A stretch of 63,100 nt of DNA, filler included, from Collodictyon triciliatum (Eukaryota), in NCBI GenBank assembly GCA_043381765.1. It is 6 parts of 6 records of this genome, joined end to end, with 100 filler letters (N's around TTAATTAATTAA, not from the genome) between each part and the next. Parts side by side here need not be neighbours in the genome. Positions count along the whole stretch, not along the records: positions 7,570 to 17,420 come from JBHJMP010002376.1; positions 17,521 to 29,067 come from JBHJMP010002378.1; 4 more parts are not named here. One strand, given 5' to 3'. Each line of letters opens with the position of its first letter. The stretch's first letter is position 1. The notes below the pieces were generated by a model. That model was given only the letters and a program-made list of their open reading frames with translations. It was not told the DNA's origin and did not search any database. Position numbers and translations under genes: made by a program. This document shows, one piece after another, positions 13,601 through 26,569 of the stretch.

Positions 13601-16600
13601 GCGAATCTATCAAAAGTTAAGAGCAAGGTAAGATATTTACAAAAAAAATAAAAATAAAAATAAAAAGGGAAGGGAAGGGAATAAAATCACAAGTACCCTC
13701 AGAACAGATGCCTCGTTAACCGTTACACTAGTTGTCTGGGTCTCCTCGTCGGGTACATCAAAGTCGTTGATGATATGAGCCTGAGTGTTTAGTGAGTTGC
13801 AAGGGAAGGAAGGTTATTTCGATTAGAGTGTAACGCTGAATTACTGATGTTGCTGAAATATTCCTCAAGTTTAAATATTCGTGGGTGCACTGTATGTGAT
13901 AGTGTAAATCACTCTTTGTTTGGGGGTTAGGAATCCAGGCGTGTTCAAATCCTCTGGTAGCTTCATACTATGTCATTGAATGGGAATTAATACCGTGCAT
14001 TTGTTTCGGAATTGCATAGATAGGGCAAATAATATGGCATAATGTTATCTTAGAATCCTCACTTAAGAGAACAGATAGGAAACGAATCTGCGCTAGAAAC
14101 TATCATCTAAAAAATAGAGAATAAAAATTCAAACTATTAGGTATAAATTCTTTCTTATTAAAGGTCGAGATGTAACTCAAAAAATGACGTATTTTGAAGT
14201 GATTGTAAGGAATTGGGAATAGTATAAACGTATACAAAACGGACCTTGAGACCATACAAGACGCATGTAGAGAACTGATGTATTTCATTCTGAAGGATAC
14301 TCTGTTATATTTGAGGATACATACAGTGAATAAATTATTTGATGTAAATTGTAGCAATCGAAAAGCTAGCAAAATGACAGGAAATAAATGGCCTGTGGGT
14401 TGACAATAACCTGTGTTTGGGAGGGTCTAAAGACTAATTTGTACGAGCCAGATTGGACGATGTGGTCAAGGACATTTCTATTCCCCATGTGGGTAGACGA
14501 TGACAAATGCTTTTTGCTCTAGAGGGTAGTAAATTAGAGGGATATGCATATGTGTCATGGTATTCCTATGAGATGTCTTATCTTTGGTTTCAAAATAGAA
14601 CCATTTATAGAACAAATATTTGAAATGGGCAAGAACACGCAATATCGAATGTACTTCATAGTGAGCATTTATCAGTATCAAACAAAAAGTTGGCAAAAGG
14701 AATTCACCGTTTTTTCAAAGAGAGATACTTCAACCGAACCAAGTGCAAATTCAAAAGTGGTTTCGATGAAGATTCGAAGGCTGATTGGTGCTGTAAAATC
14801 CTTCTCAAAGAGAATGACCTGACATATTTATATTATTGGATATTATCTCGAGTTCTTTGCAGTTTTTATATTTCTTGCTATGGTCCTGAGGATAATTAGA
14901 ATAGTTAAAGGCTACCTGTAGATCAGTTTGACTTATGTTGTATCCTAAATGATGATCAGAATACTCAAAGTAGTGGGGTGATTTTGTTAATTTGTCTTGC
15001 ATCTTGGATAGGTCAGGATTCTTCTGCTCGGGTTTAGATATCGAATGAGGAAATGGCGTGTATGCACAAAATACAACAGCAATTGCGACTAAATAGAATA
15101 ACGTAATATTACCGATGTTTGGAACGGACATGTGTATAAGAAATCAGATGCGGGGACAATCGAGACTTCCAAATTGAATGTTGGGCAGAAGAGAAGATTC
15201 ACGCCATCATTCTGGAATGTTAATGGAAAAATCAGAATGTTGAATAAACACCAGACTATATTGCACTTCAGAAACAGGCTGGGGGAGAAAAAGCCTAAAG
15301 TTAAGTTAATAGAAGACCAGAATGCGGATGATGTGTATTTCATAAGTATCTTCTCCATCGAGAGGGATGTAGTAGACAATCCCTTCTTCGCTCTCCTTCC
15401 CGAAAGTTGATGCCACCAGATCTGGGACGAAATATCAAAGAATCACATAGTCAATTAAAACTTTCATCTATAATACATATGTTGTCGATGTGTAAATGAT
15501 TAGATTGAGGAAAATGAAAAAGAAAAAGAAGTCTCACTCGTCGTGTCTTTCTTGTAGAGTGCCAAATCAATATCAATGTCATTATCCAACAGATAAAGAC
15601 GAAAGATACTATCGGATGCGCCGTTAAACTAAGTAGCAATTATTCATACATACAAAAAAAAATAGGTTACGATTATAGGTTTTATCGAAAACTGGTTCAT
15701 TATTTTATTTTCAAAAAAAGGGGCGGAAAGAAATTCAAGAGGAGGAGATGATTACGAAAAGTGTTGGTTTTATTTTAAAAGAAAAATAATTAAATGATGC
15801 GAATCGACTTTGACTTACCGTGATAACTTTCTTCATGGCAGAAACATCGAAAAAGACTTTCTCTCGGTAATACATCCGACCTAAAGGTAAGGATACGAAG
15901 GTCAGACCAGTGTAAAATAACAAACAAAAACAAAAACAAAAACAAAAACAAAAACAAAAACAAAAACAAAAACAAAAACAAAAACAAAAACAAAAACAAA
16001 AACAAAAACAAAAACAAAAACAAACTGATTTGAGATATATTTGGTTTATATGAAAATGCGTCATACCTGTCAAGTCGAGGAAACCAGGGGTGTCAAACGA
16101 GTCAGGAAGTCTTTTACCTACATGTAAATAATTAAAAAAAAAAGTATAAAGGCTAAATATTTTATTTTCTATTTTCTAGATAATTTTACATACCCGGGCA
16201 ATTTAAAAAATTTTCCTCTTCGTCAACTTGTTCAAATTTAAGCTCCAACGAGAATGGGATGCACCCCGTGTATGTTTTTTCGCCGACTGTGGTTAAAAAG
16301 ATAGATCAGGGAAGCATTTCATGTGATATGGTAAAATAATTTATTTTTTTTTGGAAACAAAGTCCTAAGAGAAAGGACTTCTACTTTTTTTTCTCTATTA
16401 GACTAGAGCCCATAAATCAATTTTAAAAAATAATTTAAACAGAGAATAAATGGTCTTCTCCATTAACTGTACTATCTTACCGGCGTCGTATAACCAGAGA
16501 GTGTGAATTCCTGGCGATAGTATTTTCCTAATAGTAAGCTCGTTCGCCATCTCTGCCGTAGCAACAGCGCACTTGTGGTCCTAAAGGTTATATATGATAG

Positions 16601-17300
16601 TGATAACTCTATCCATGACTTCATAATTAATTAAGCAGTAAGATGATATTAGGGTGCGATTTTATTTTATTTTATTGGTTAGTTGGAGGTACGTACACCC
16701 CAGCAACTGTGCAGATCAGGCGTGTCCGCCTTTCCCGAAATGATAAACATACTTTCAGTCGTCAAGAAGAAAAAGGAATGATAAAATATTAGACCAATAG
16801 GAACGGAAATCATGAAATCCCCCTTATTGCCTTCGGATAAATGTTAGTAAATCTTACAATTAATGGAAAATATATCAATTAGTATTTTCAGTATTGAGAT
16901 AAGTTGTTTTTTCTTCGGGGGAGGGGCAAAATAGATCAGGTACCCAATAGAGCCACCAATCACAAAATCAAATCCTAGATGTGCTTCCAGAACCCATAGC
17001 CCACGAGCAAGCGTTGGCGCAGATAGTTCAAAAGTGTATCCGTGAATGTAGGCGATTTCAGATCTGCATGTTATTTCCAGTTGCAAATGAAAAAAAATGG
17101 TTTGATTCATTCTTCAAAAGTGTGAAATATACTATTCCATTTATAAATTCCAAGTCGTTTGTGACTTCTTAACACATTACAACTCTAGACTAAGAGGGTT
17201 GGTCTATCAATCAAATTCAAACGACCTTTCAGATGATTTGCCTCTATGAATGTTGAAGGTTTTTGCGTCCTTGTCTTCGAGTGAAGAATATGAAAAAGGG
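7682..17300 (-). CDS. Fragment of a giant extracellular protein: repeated Cys-bounded beta-rich modules plus laminin/EGF-like repeats; about 35 exons; incomplete at both ends
   Basis: Chain of GT-AG exons across the whole contig. Recurring motifs C..LP..(L/F)(D/N)(T/S)P.(F/Y)L, FRLY..DIDLALY, G.Y.L and C..F.LE..I.P. EGF-like block at about 8.8-9.4 kb (CNCHDNGKC..CKC, CLDCLPGY, CSGHGQC, CTCNVGY..CAGCARGYSGYPDC). Confidence 0.85.
15925..16023. repeat. Intronic (CAAAAA)n hexamer repeat
   Basis: Directly visible. Confidence 0.95.
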
Positions 17301-17343
17301 CTGGGTTCGTATGTGTTTATAAATTAACTTAGCACACAGTTCT

Positions 17344-17383
<40 letters not shown>

Positions 17384-17420
17384 TTTTTTTAATTTTTTTT
17401 TTTTTATCCCCCTTTTTTTT

Positions 17421-17520
17421 NNNNNNNNNNNNNNNNNNNNNNNNNNNNNNNNNNNNNNNNNNNNTTAATTAATTAANNNNNNNNNNNNNNNNNNNNNNNN
17501 NNNNNNNNNNNNNNNNNNNN
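17421..17520. other. Artificial contig linker
   Basis: N44-TTAATTAATTAA-N44. Confidence 0.97.
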
Positions 17521-18622
17521 TTTTTTGTTTTTTTGTTTTTTTGTTTTTTTGTTTTTTTGTTTTTTTTGTTTTTTTGTTTAAGTGTAATTTATTCATTTTA
17601 TTGTGGTGTTGTTAATTCGGTTATTTTTTTATATAATATATTCAGTATTTTAATAATTAAGCGAATAGAAATGATATAATTTTTCAAGCTGTTCATGATG
17701 ATAACTGTCGTTTGCTTGCTTCAGATCATTTGAATGAGATATATATGTAAATCTAAAATAGCATTTGGGACTGGCCAGTCAGCCACACGAAAAGCGAAAA
17801 GGCTTCGTGCCATCAAGGCCAATAAGAAATAAAGAAGAAAAAGAAGAAAAAAAAGAGCCACCGAGTCAAAAGTTTTTTGCCTCGGCCTGAGAGAAATTGA
17901 AATGCTTGAGTGGAGTATGTGACTGTGTGAGACAAACCTTTAAGCTTGCGAAGTACCTCCGATCGCTCCATAGACTGGCAGAAGAAGAAAGAAGAGGAAA
18001 ACAAGAGGAGCGAAACCAAAGCCAAGAAGATGAAAGGAAGAGGAATGTTAGCTGTGAACTAATCTCACTGCAGGTTGCTGGCAAGGAAAGAAAGAGAAGA
18101 CCAAAGCACATGATCGTAAACTCGTAGGAACGAACTGAACGGATTCAGCTTTTCGCTTGGGACTCTTTGTGGGAATGATGCTTACTCACTTTGCTAGAAA
18201 AAAAAAAGTGTAGCGCCAGAGGCAAAGGATGCGGGTGATCATTTTGATTCTCTAACGTACACTTTGCCCTACTTTCACTACATCGTCTTGCACTAAAATA
18301 TATACATTTTGATATGTTTTTTCAATATTTTATAGGTCGATTATGATTAATTATGAATTATTTATCTAATTTAATATAAATTCCACAAATACTAATCTTG
18401 TTTTGAGGTTTGATTCAAATCGCATTACCTCTCGTACGTGCATCACACTTTGATGACAGAGAAAGGATCAGGAGTTGTGGGAGTGAAGCCGATCAACGCT
18501 GCTCGAAAGCAAAGCGCTCACGAGTTTCCCAGGCACATACAGACAAGTAACAATATTGCTTTTCTCCTTTTTCTCTATCTCTTTGTCTCTTCTTCCCTTC
18601 TCGACGGACCAGACAGTCTGCC

Positions 18623-20988
18623 ATGGCCGCGAGAACTTTCCCGTACTTTACGCGAGACTTGACCGTCCGATACAGCGAGCTTCGGGATAGATGTCGATCT
18701 CTTCAAGGCATAGCGCCTTCTAGGCCAGAGCGAGGCGTACGTTGCTTTTAATTATCCCTTCCTTTTTTTTTTCAAAGACATATGTATTTATTTTCAAGAA
18801 TAAAGTTAACATTCGTCCTTTCTTTTCATTTCACAATCACTCTATTCTCAGTTTTATCGTCGGTCTTATCTATTTATTTATTTTTTTAATATTTCTCTTA
18901 CCATTATTTATGCGATATTCCCAATATGTACCCTTTTTTTTTTTTTATGCCTTTGCTTTTCTTTGGTTTGTTTGTTTATGTGAAAGTGTCATTTTAGTGA
19001 TCTTGTCGGTGTTAGAAGGCCTTAGGGCGGCATCAAATATATTTCTGACTCACTCAAATGAATGACCTGTGTACATATTTTCAATTCTAATACAACGTTG
19101 CTCCTCCTGTGGGGTTTCTCATACAGTCCCATGCAATCGAAATGACCTCTTTGACTATGTCTGCCGGTCTTACTCCTCTGTGGGTCGAGTATGCAAGGAA
19201 GATTGAAGATGATATCGACTCCATTAAAGAAAATGGTACTGAACTGGAGACAGTCATGCGACTATTACCACTGGGCTACCGCCAACGATTATTGTTTCTA
19301 CTGCGTGTGCCAATACGGACAACTTCTTTTATATATAACTCGCTTATTTCTTTTGTATTTCCTCTAATTTTATCTAATTCTATCTAATTCTATATAATTC
19401 TATCTAGTGAAAGAACTGCAATCATGCCATGAGCAACGTCTCAAGATCACATTTGATGATCAAACTATGCAAGAACAAGTCATTGATATTAAAACTCGGG
19501 AAATCACAGATGTAATATTGCTTTGCTTTCTGTCCTTACCAGTTTTAAAATTATAAATTATTGGCATCGCCGTTATGCTAACCCTTCCTCCGAGAATATA
19601 ATCACTGTCTCCGTTAACCTATAACTTTTCCAGGCAATTTTTAAGGTACAGAGAAAGATTAAAAGCATTGGTGCAGCGAAGGTATTTATTTTATACATTA
19701 TGAAGCTCATAAACTCCTTTAATATGCAGGTAAATACATTCTCTTTCGTAGAACCACACACTATACATATGTGTGTGTGTTTTTTTTTTTGGTTGGTTAT
19801 TTTTATCATACTAATATTTATACATATGCCTAGTCTGCCGATGTTAAGGACACAACCTCTAGCCCAGAGGAAGTGACGATGAGGAAGAATATTCAAAAGA
19901 AACTTGCAATAGAGCTTCAAGAGACTTCGCAAAACTTCAAGAATGTGCAACAAAGTTATCTAATGAGTCTGTCGTTTACTACATATTATTTTCATTTTTA
20001 ATTCGGAATAAAAAACGAATCGTAAAATCAAAATATTATTGATATTATAAATCATGATTATGTACTTATCATTCAGAACTTCAAGAAATTTTTTTTCCCT
20101 TTATTCAGAACTTCAAGAAATTGATGGAGGGAGCAAGGATTACATGCTTGATAAGAAAAGTAGCTCCAAACTTGCGGTACAAGACGAAGGAATTTCACTC
20201 GTCAGGAAGGTGACCTTTTTTATATCGCTATATGTTTGTAGCCCGACCTTATTTGTGTACATTCTTATCTTTTGCTTATTAGACACACACAAAAGCTAGA
20301 TGATAATATTATTGGTCAATTAACATATTATTTATAGGGATTTAATGAGCAACAACTCGCCGTAATTCAAGGACAGGATGAACTCGTTGAGGAACGACAC
20401 AAAGAAATTGAGAAGCTTGCACGTTCCATTCACGAATTGGCACAAATATTCCAGGATCTTGCTGTCCTAGTCGTCGAACAGGTTTCTTGGATATGTTCAG
20501 TGTCTTTTTATTTTTTTCATCTTCTGTTATGAATATTGCTAATGCAAATCATCGCTTTTGACCCACAACCTAATACCACACCACAATAAATATCAATCAA
20601 AACCTTGTTCCGTAACAGGGTACTATTCTCGACCGAATCGATTATAACATCGAACAAGTAGTTGTTTCAGTCGAAAAGGCTGTGGAAGAGTTGGAAAAGG
20701 TCCTTCTTTTCTCTTCTTTTCTCTTCTTTTCTCTTCTTTTCTCTTCTTTTCTCTTCTTTTCTCTTCTTTTCCTTCTTTTCCCTGATAGTTACTACTTAAA
20801 ATAACGATAATAGATTTGTGGTGGTTGACTTTTCAAAAGTAAACTATAGTGTGATTCCTTGTCTTAAAAGTAATATCCATACCCAGGCCGAAGACCATCA
20901 AAAATCAAGCAAGACGAAGCTGTGCATTCTGCTATTGGTTGTTTTGATCATCTTGTTCACAGTCATACTCATTTTGAAGAAGAGTTAA
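18623..20988 (+). CDS. STX16: Syntaxin-16/Tlg2 family Qa-SNARE
   Basis: N-peptide MAARTFPYFTRDLTVRY; LTPLWVE; Habc exons; SNARE motif EERHKEIEKLARSIHELAQIFQDLAVLVVEQGTILDRIDYNIEQ; C-terminal TM KLCILLLVVLIILFTVILILKKS*. Confidence 0.93.
20703..20780. repeat. Intronic (CTTCTTTTCT)n 10-mer repeat
   Basis: Directly visible in the last STX16 intron. Confidence 0.93.
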
Positions 20989-21606
20989 AATGATGAAGAT
21001 GCTTCACCATCCACCTATTCGAGGTGAATAAAAGCTTATGAGAGAAACCTGGCTGCGTTTTAAATTGATTGCTCATACTTTATTCGCTTATACTTCCATC
21101 TTATACCACTCTCTCATATCGCCCTGAAGTTGATACCTCAGCATCACGTTTCCTTTCGCATTCCCATTATTGTTATATATAAATATTTCGANNNNNNNNN
21201 NNNNNNNNNNNNNNNNNNNNNNNNNNNNNNNNNNNNNNNNNNCGGGAGAGCATACAAGTGTGAGAATGGATCAGGCTTTCGACGCGGCGCGCTGTCCTTG
21301 TATAATTTAGATGCTTCATCTCTTAATTATTTTATCTTTTGTACTTATATTCGCATTTATCTGTTGTTGAATTATCTATATTTATTGCTCCTCTTCCAAT
21401 ACGGGTTAGAAGAGTTTGTGATGCTTTGAGACGATACTCCCCTGAAAAAAATTGATAAAAGAATTGGATAATGTATCTGAACATTCGACGTATTGGCGAA
21501 GGAACAAGCTTGGGAGGATACAAACTAACTATGTCGGGAACCCTGGCTTGAACAATAAGATGGTAGGAATGAGTGAGGAAAATGCAAAAAGGTGGTGTGG
21601 TAAGAG

Positions 21607-22979
21607 TTATTTGCTCGACTTTGAGGGCTCGGCATGATTCTTTGGGGTGCCCTCCTGCTTTGTGACCATTGTTTCTTTCCCACGGGGAGATTTGTTCGAT
21701 GTGATGTTTTGTGCTAGATGGATGTTTGTCATCGGTGTTTGGGACATGAAAGGATGGGATGGTAGGTGCGGTAGTTGATTATGCAACAGAGACTCGTTGG
21801 TTAAAAGACTTCGTAACTGCAAGGCGTGGGGACTTGTATAGGGGAAGGGCAGCGGGAGTCGGTAGGGAATCTGGAACAGTGATTGATTCTGGAGAGGTTG
21901 TTGATTGTGGTAGGGTGGTTGCACTTGCCGAAATTGTGAGTCCGGAAAGGTATAGACTGGGAGAGACGGAGATGTACTGAGCAATGAAGGTTCGCGCGGT
22001 GTGGCTCGGAACGGCAAAGGCGGATATAAGTCTGGCGTGTCTGTGATGTGGACAGAATGAGGCGTACTGGTTGGACAGCTTGAGTTGGATGTAAGAGCAG
22101 AATGCCATGGTGTCAATGGCAATATGGTATCAGATGTTCTATGTGCACTCGGGGCGCTGGATAACTGGCCTGGTAACTCTATCTTGGTTGCCAAACTGCC
22201 TTCGGTTGTCTCCCGACTTGATTCAGTGCGTGATGACGTGGGTGATGGCTGTGATGGCGGTCGTAGCTGGGATGGCAGATGAGACGGATATGGTTCTTGG
22301 TGCTCTTGGCTTCTTGGGGTTCCAAATGCAGGAAGAAAGTCTAGTTCCTCCGACTTTGCAGCTTTTTTGTGTTTTGAAGTCTCCAGGTCAGCCACTCTCC
22401 GCATGGCGGTCTCAAGTCTCTGACGAGATTCCTCCTCGATGGCAGCTACTTCGGCCTCTGAGAGCGACTGGCATTTGATGTGAAAGGAGACGCTCGTGAG
22501 TTACATGCGTTCCTGTCAATATGGTATAGCAGCATGATGTTTGTTCTCATCGAACAAGATAAATAGAAGTGTTTACTGAATCGTGGATGGAGTGTCTCTT
22601 TCTAGACACGGCTGTCTTTGGCGTAGTGGATGCAGATGAACTTGCGACAGCAGACTCCTTTTCGACACGTTTAAAGTACTTCTGGGCATGTGAGGCTACT
22701 TGAGAGGCGCTTCGCGTAACCACACAGAACTTTGCAATGTTTCTCCAGTCTCCTTTACCATACTTGTGAAGTCCGATAAGAAACTGCCGGTGTTCCTCTT
22801 CTGTCCAAGGAAGGCCTTTTGGAGTGATGGAGTGATGGAGTGATGGAGTGATGGAGTGATGGAGTGATGGAGTGATGGAGTGATCGTTACAGGATGTTAC
22901 CTTTGGTGGCATCGGCTAGTTGCTCAATCTTCTTGCGCCGGTCCTTTTCGGTGAGTGGAGTGGCGTGTCCGGATGACAT
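21607..22979 (-). CDS. SHAQKYF-class single-repeat MYB transcription factor with a Pro/Ser/Gln-rich tail (3 exons)
   Basis: [82 protein letters not shown]; long final exon to the stop at 21607. Confidence 0.9.
22821..22884. repeat. Intronic (GGAGTGAT)n 8-mer repeat
   Basis: Directly visible in MYB intron 1. Confidence 0.93.
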
Positions 22980-25900
22980 TTCTGGCTTTCGATGCTATTC
23001 CGCTCCACGTTTGAAGGTTGGAATCAGAGCAGACAAGATCCTGAATGGGCTTGGATGTGATCTGGTTTGATTGGATGGAACGGATTGGATTGGATTGGAA
23101 TTAATCAGAATACGTTTGGTTTAGTATGGATTGGTTTGGCTGAGTACGATGGTAGGGTGATCATCAGTGATTGGTGAACAAAAGGTAGTCAAAGAAATAA
23201 CTGTAATAATAAAGCAGGCATCTATGACAGAATGCGTATCGATTAAACTGAGGGGGCACGAAAAGAAGGAAAGGATGATGGAATGATCCTCTTTGTGTCT
23301 GCTGCTTCTGTTAGTAGTTTTGTTTTTTCTTTTGATGATTGACGGTTGTTTGATAACACAAAGCAGACCACCTGGCGATTATTATTATTTGTATGAGTAT
23401 GAGTATGAGTATTTGTAATTGTATTTTTGCTGGTTCTCCCCTCTTTCCTTTTCAATATCCTCCATATGCATTTGGCTGTGTATGACAGGCCAATGATTTT
23501 CATCAACCGCATCAAATTCATCCATACTCAAATCATGTTGTATTTGCCTTCTTTTGTTTTGTCATGAATCGATTTGGTTTGGTTTGTTTATGTCTATGTT
23601 TTCGTTTCTGATTCATGCAATCATTCTTTTGATATTTAATATGCTCTCTTTCTTTCCTTCTTTCCTTCTGGCATAGTGTGAATCTGTAGGGATGTGATTC
23701 AACCCTGCGATTCAGGAAACATTCGTAGGTACAAAGGCACGAGGAATTATGAATGTCGTGCAAGATAAATGAATCAAAGAGAAGGAAGAAAAAAAGAAAA
23801 AAAGCAAAAAAAAAAAAAAAAAAAAAGGTCGACCAAAACCAAAAACATTAAAAACAAAATAATATATAAAAAAAAGAAAAAAAAAAAAAAAAAAAAAAAA
23901 AGACAGGTCGCCCACATCCACACCCATTCATATCTGATTGATCTCTATCTAGCAGCAAATGAAATACATTGACATTGGCTATGCAAGAAGCAAACGGAGG
24001 AAGGGGAGATAGGAACATATTACAGAATGAACCCCAAGCCCCTTGTCAGCTCAGAGCTGCGTGCGATGTGTGTGTGTCGGTCTATTTAGGTAGCGATTCA
24101 ATGAATCAAACAAACAAACAAACAAACAAACAAAACACTATGCTCGGACATCGCTCAAGTATGAGAGTCGAGTAAAGTGTAGCAACGAGCTGCTCACAAA
24201 GCTTATCAGGCCGATAAGTAAACCGGGGGCAAAAGAAAGGAAGAGATAAGAGAAAAAGAATATTTTCTGCAGACTTTGAGCTTACGAGCGAATCAAAGAT
24301 TAAGAGTGTGAGAAGGCGAGCAGGCAAGCGTGTGAGTTTGGGAAGGGGCAAATGTATGACTGGAAGGCTCAAGTCATTCAGCTCAGCGCGCGTCTGCGGC
24401 AATGGAGCTTTGGTCTGGGCGTGTGTCTTGGTCATGGCTTATATAGGGCAAATGGAGAAAGAGGGGGGTATTTGAGAAACACCACCACAAATTAAAGTCG
24501 AATCCGAACGGGAGAATGAGTGAATGTATGAATGTATGAATGTATGAATGTGTGGATGTGAATATATTACGTACGGGCACGAGAGAATGGTTCCAAGAGC
24601 TTTGTGGTTGCCTCTATCCTATTAATTTAATGTTCATTTGTTTTGTGTCTCTTTTTTTTTTTCTCATATGTTATTTTGCCTGGTTGCTTGGGTGAGCGCC
24701 TATTGGGAAATGAATCCAAAAAAAGTTGATATTCGGTTGTTCAATATGTCCAGTGACGCGTGCGCTGCTGTTGCTGATACATTGAAAAATCACTTTGTGT
24801 AAAATGAAGTGCGCCTTTTTTTTTTCTTATTTTTTTTATTATTATTCTTATTATTTGTGTGTGCCTGCGTGTGTGATTTCCTCTATACCATTATTATTTG
24901 TGTATATGCTATTTCTGGTTTTGGATTTGGAAAAAGAGAGAAATTAATATGTCTGGTTGGATTCAAAAAAAAAAAAGTTTCTATTAGGAGATACAAAAAA
25001 AAATAATTGTCTGCCCTTTGTCACAAACTTTGTGAAAGAACCATCCGGCTTGTTTTTTTCAATCCATGGAAAACGTGCTGGGACTTTTCATTTGTCTGGT
25101 CGGGTTCGGGTTTCAATATGTAAATTATCCCCTTCGCCTGAAAGAATATTGGAAAAAGAAATAGGAATTAATTNNNNNNNNNNNNNNNNNNNNNNNNNNN
25201 NNNNNNNNNNNNNNNNNNNNNNNNNNNNNNNNNNNNNNNNNNNNNNNNNNNNNNNNNNNNNNNNNNNNNNNNNNNNNNNNNNNNNNNNNNNNNNNNNNNN
25301 NNNNNNNNNNNNNNNNNNNNNNNNNNNNNNNNNNNNNNNNNNNNNNNNNNNNNNNNNNNNNNNNNNNNNNNNNNNNNNNNNNNNNNNNNNNNNNNNNNNN
25401 NNNNNNNNNNNNNNNNNNNNNNNNNNNNNNNNNNNNNNNNNNNNNNNNNNNNNNNNNNNNNNNNNNNNNNNNNNNNNNNNNNNNNNNNNNNNNNNNNNNN
25501 NNNNNNNNNNNNNNNNNNNNNNNNNNNNNNNNNNNNNNNNNNNNNNNNNNNNNNNNNNNNNNNNNNNNNNNNNNNNNNNNNNNNNNNNNNNNNNNNNNNN
25601 NNNNNNNNNNNNNNNNNNNNNNNNNNNNNNNNNNNNNNNNNNNNNNNNNNNNNNNNNNNNNNNNNNNNNNNNNNNNNNNNNNNNNNNNNNNNNNNNNNNN
25701 NNNNNNNNNNNNNNNNNNNNNNNNNNNNNNNNNNNNNNNNNNNNNNNNNNNNNNNNNNNNNNNNNNNNNNNNNNNNNNNNNCTACTCATATTTTAGGAAA
25801 CATCTCTCACCTAATTAGTCGAGGTCTTTTCTCTATTCAAACTGCACGCTATATGCACACTTTGTGTCCCCCTCTAATCCCAAAGGATTCCTAAACCGCC

Positions 25901-26569
25901 ACACTAGGGCAGGGATGTTTTATAACTAGTATAATTACATACTGATTGCATATAAATTGTACACGTAGCTATTTAGCGATATATTATTGTAAATCAATCG
26001 TATATATTAGATTCCAGAAATAGAGAAATATTGGCGCAGCAGGGAGGATAGCGGGGTTCAGTGAAATAGCTAGTGTGTTCGATTCCATGGAAACGAATAC
26101 GGGGTTGCACCGTTNNNNNNNNNNNNNNNNNNNNNNNNNNNNNNNNNNNNNNNNNNNNNNNNNNNNNNNNNNNNNNNNNNNNNNNNNNNNNNNNNNNNNN
26201 NNNNNNNNNNNNNNNNNNNNNNNNNNNNNNNNNNNNNNNNNNNNNNNNNNNNNNNNNNNNNNNNNNNNNNNNNNNNNNNNNNNNNNNNNNNNNNNNNNNN
26301 NNNNNNNNNNNNNNNNNNNNNNNNNNNNNNNNNNNNNNNNNNNNNNNNNNNNNNNNNNNNNNNNNNNNNNNNNNNNNNNNNNNNNNNNNNNNNNNNNNNN
26401 NNNNNNNNNNNNNNNNNNNNNNNNNNNNNNNNNNNNNNNNNNNNNNNNNNNNNNNNNNNNNNNNNNNNNNNNNNNNNNNCATAAAACAAAAAACATAAAA
26501 CAAAAAACATAAAACAAAAAACAGAAAAGGGAAACGGAAAAAAGAAAAAGAAAAAAATATCAGAGCGCT

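Noticed and set aside
14478..15410. Nested genes inside the giant gene
   Set aside because: These ORFs are exons of the giant gene read through into introns, or their antisense shadows.
6016..17300. Giant EGF protein fused to the RGS domain as one receptor
   Set aside because: They are on the same strand but separated by an artificial linker between size-sorted contigs, so there is no evidence of linkage.
17700..17975. Small minus-strand gene MERSEVLRKLK|GRGKKLLTR
   Set aside because: One plausible intron, but no recognisable homology or coherent continuation; too weak to list as a feature.
26040..26100. tRNA or SINE suggested by GTTCGATTCC
   Set aside because: No cloverleaf, acceptor stem or A-box could be built.
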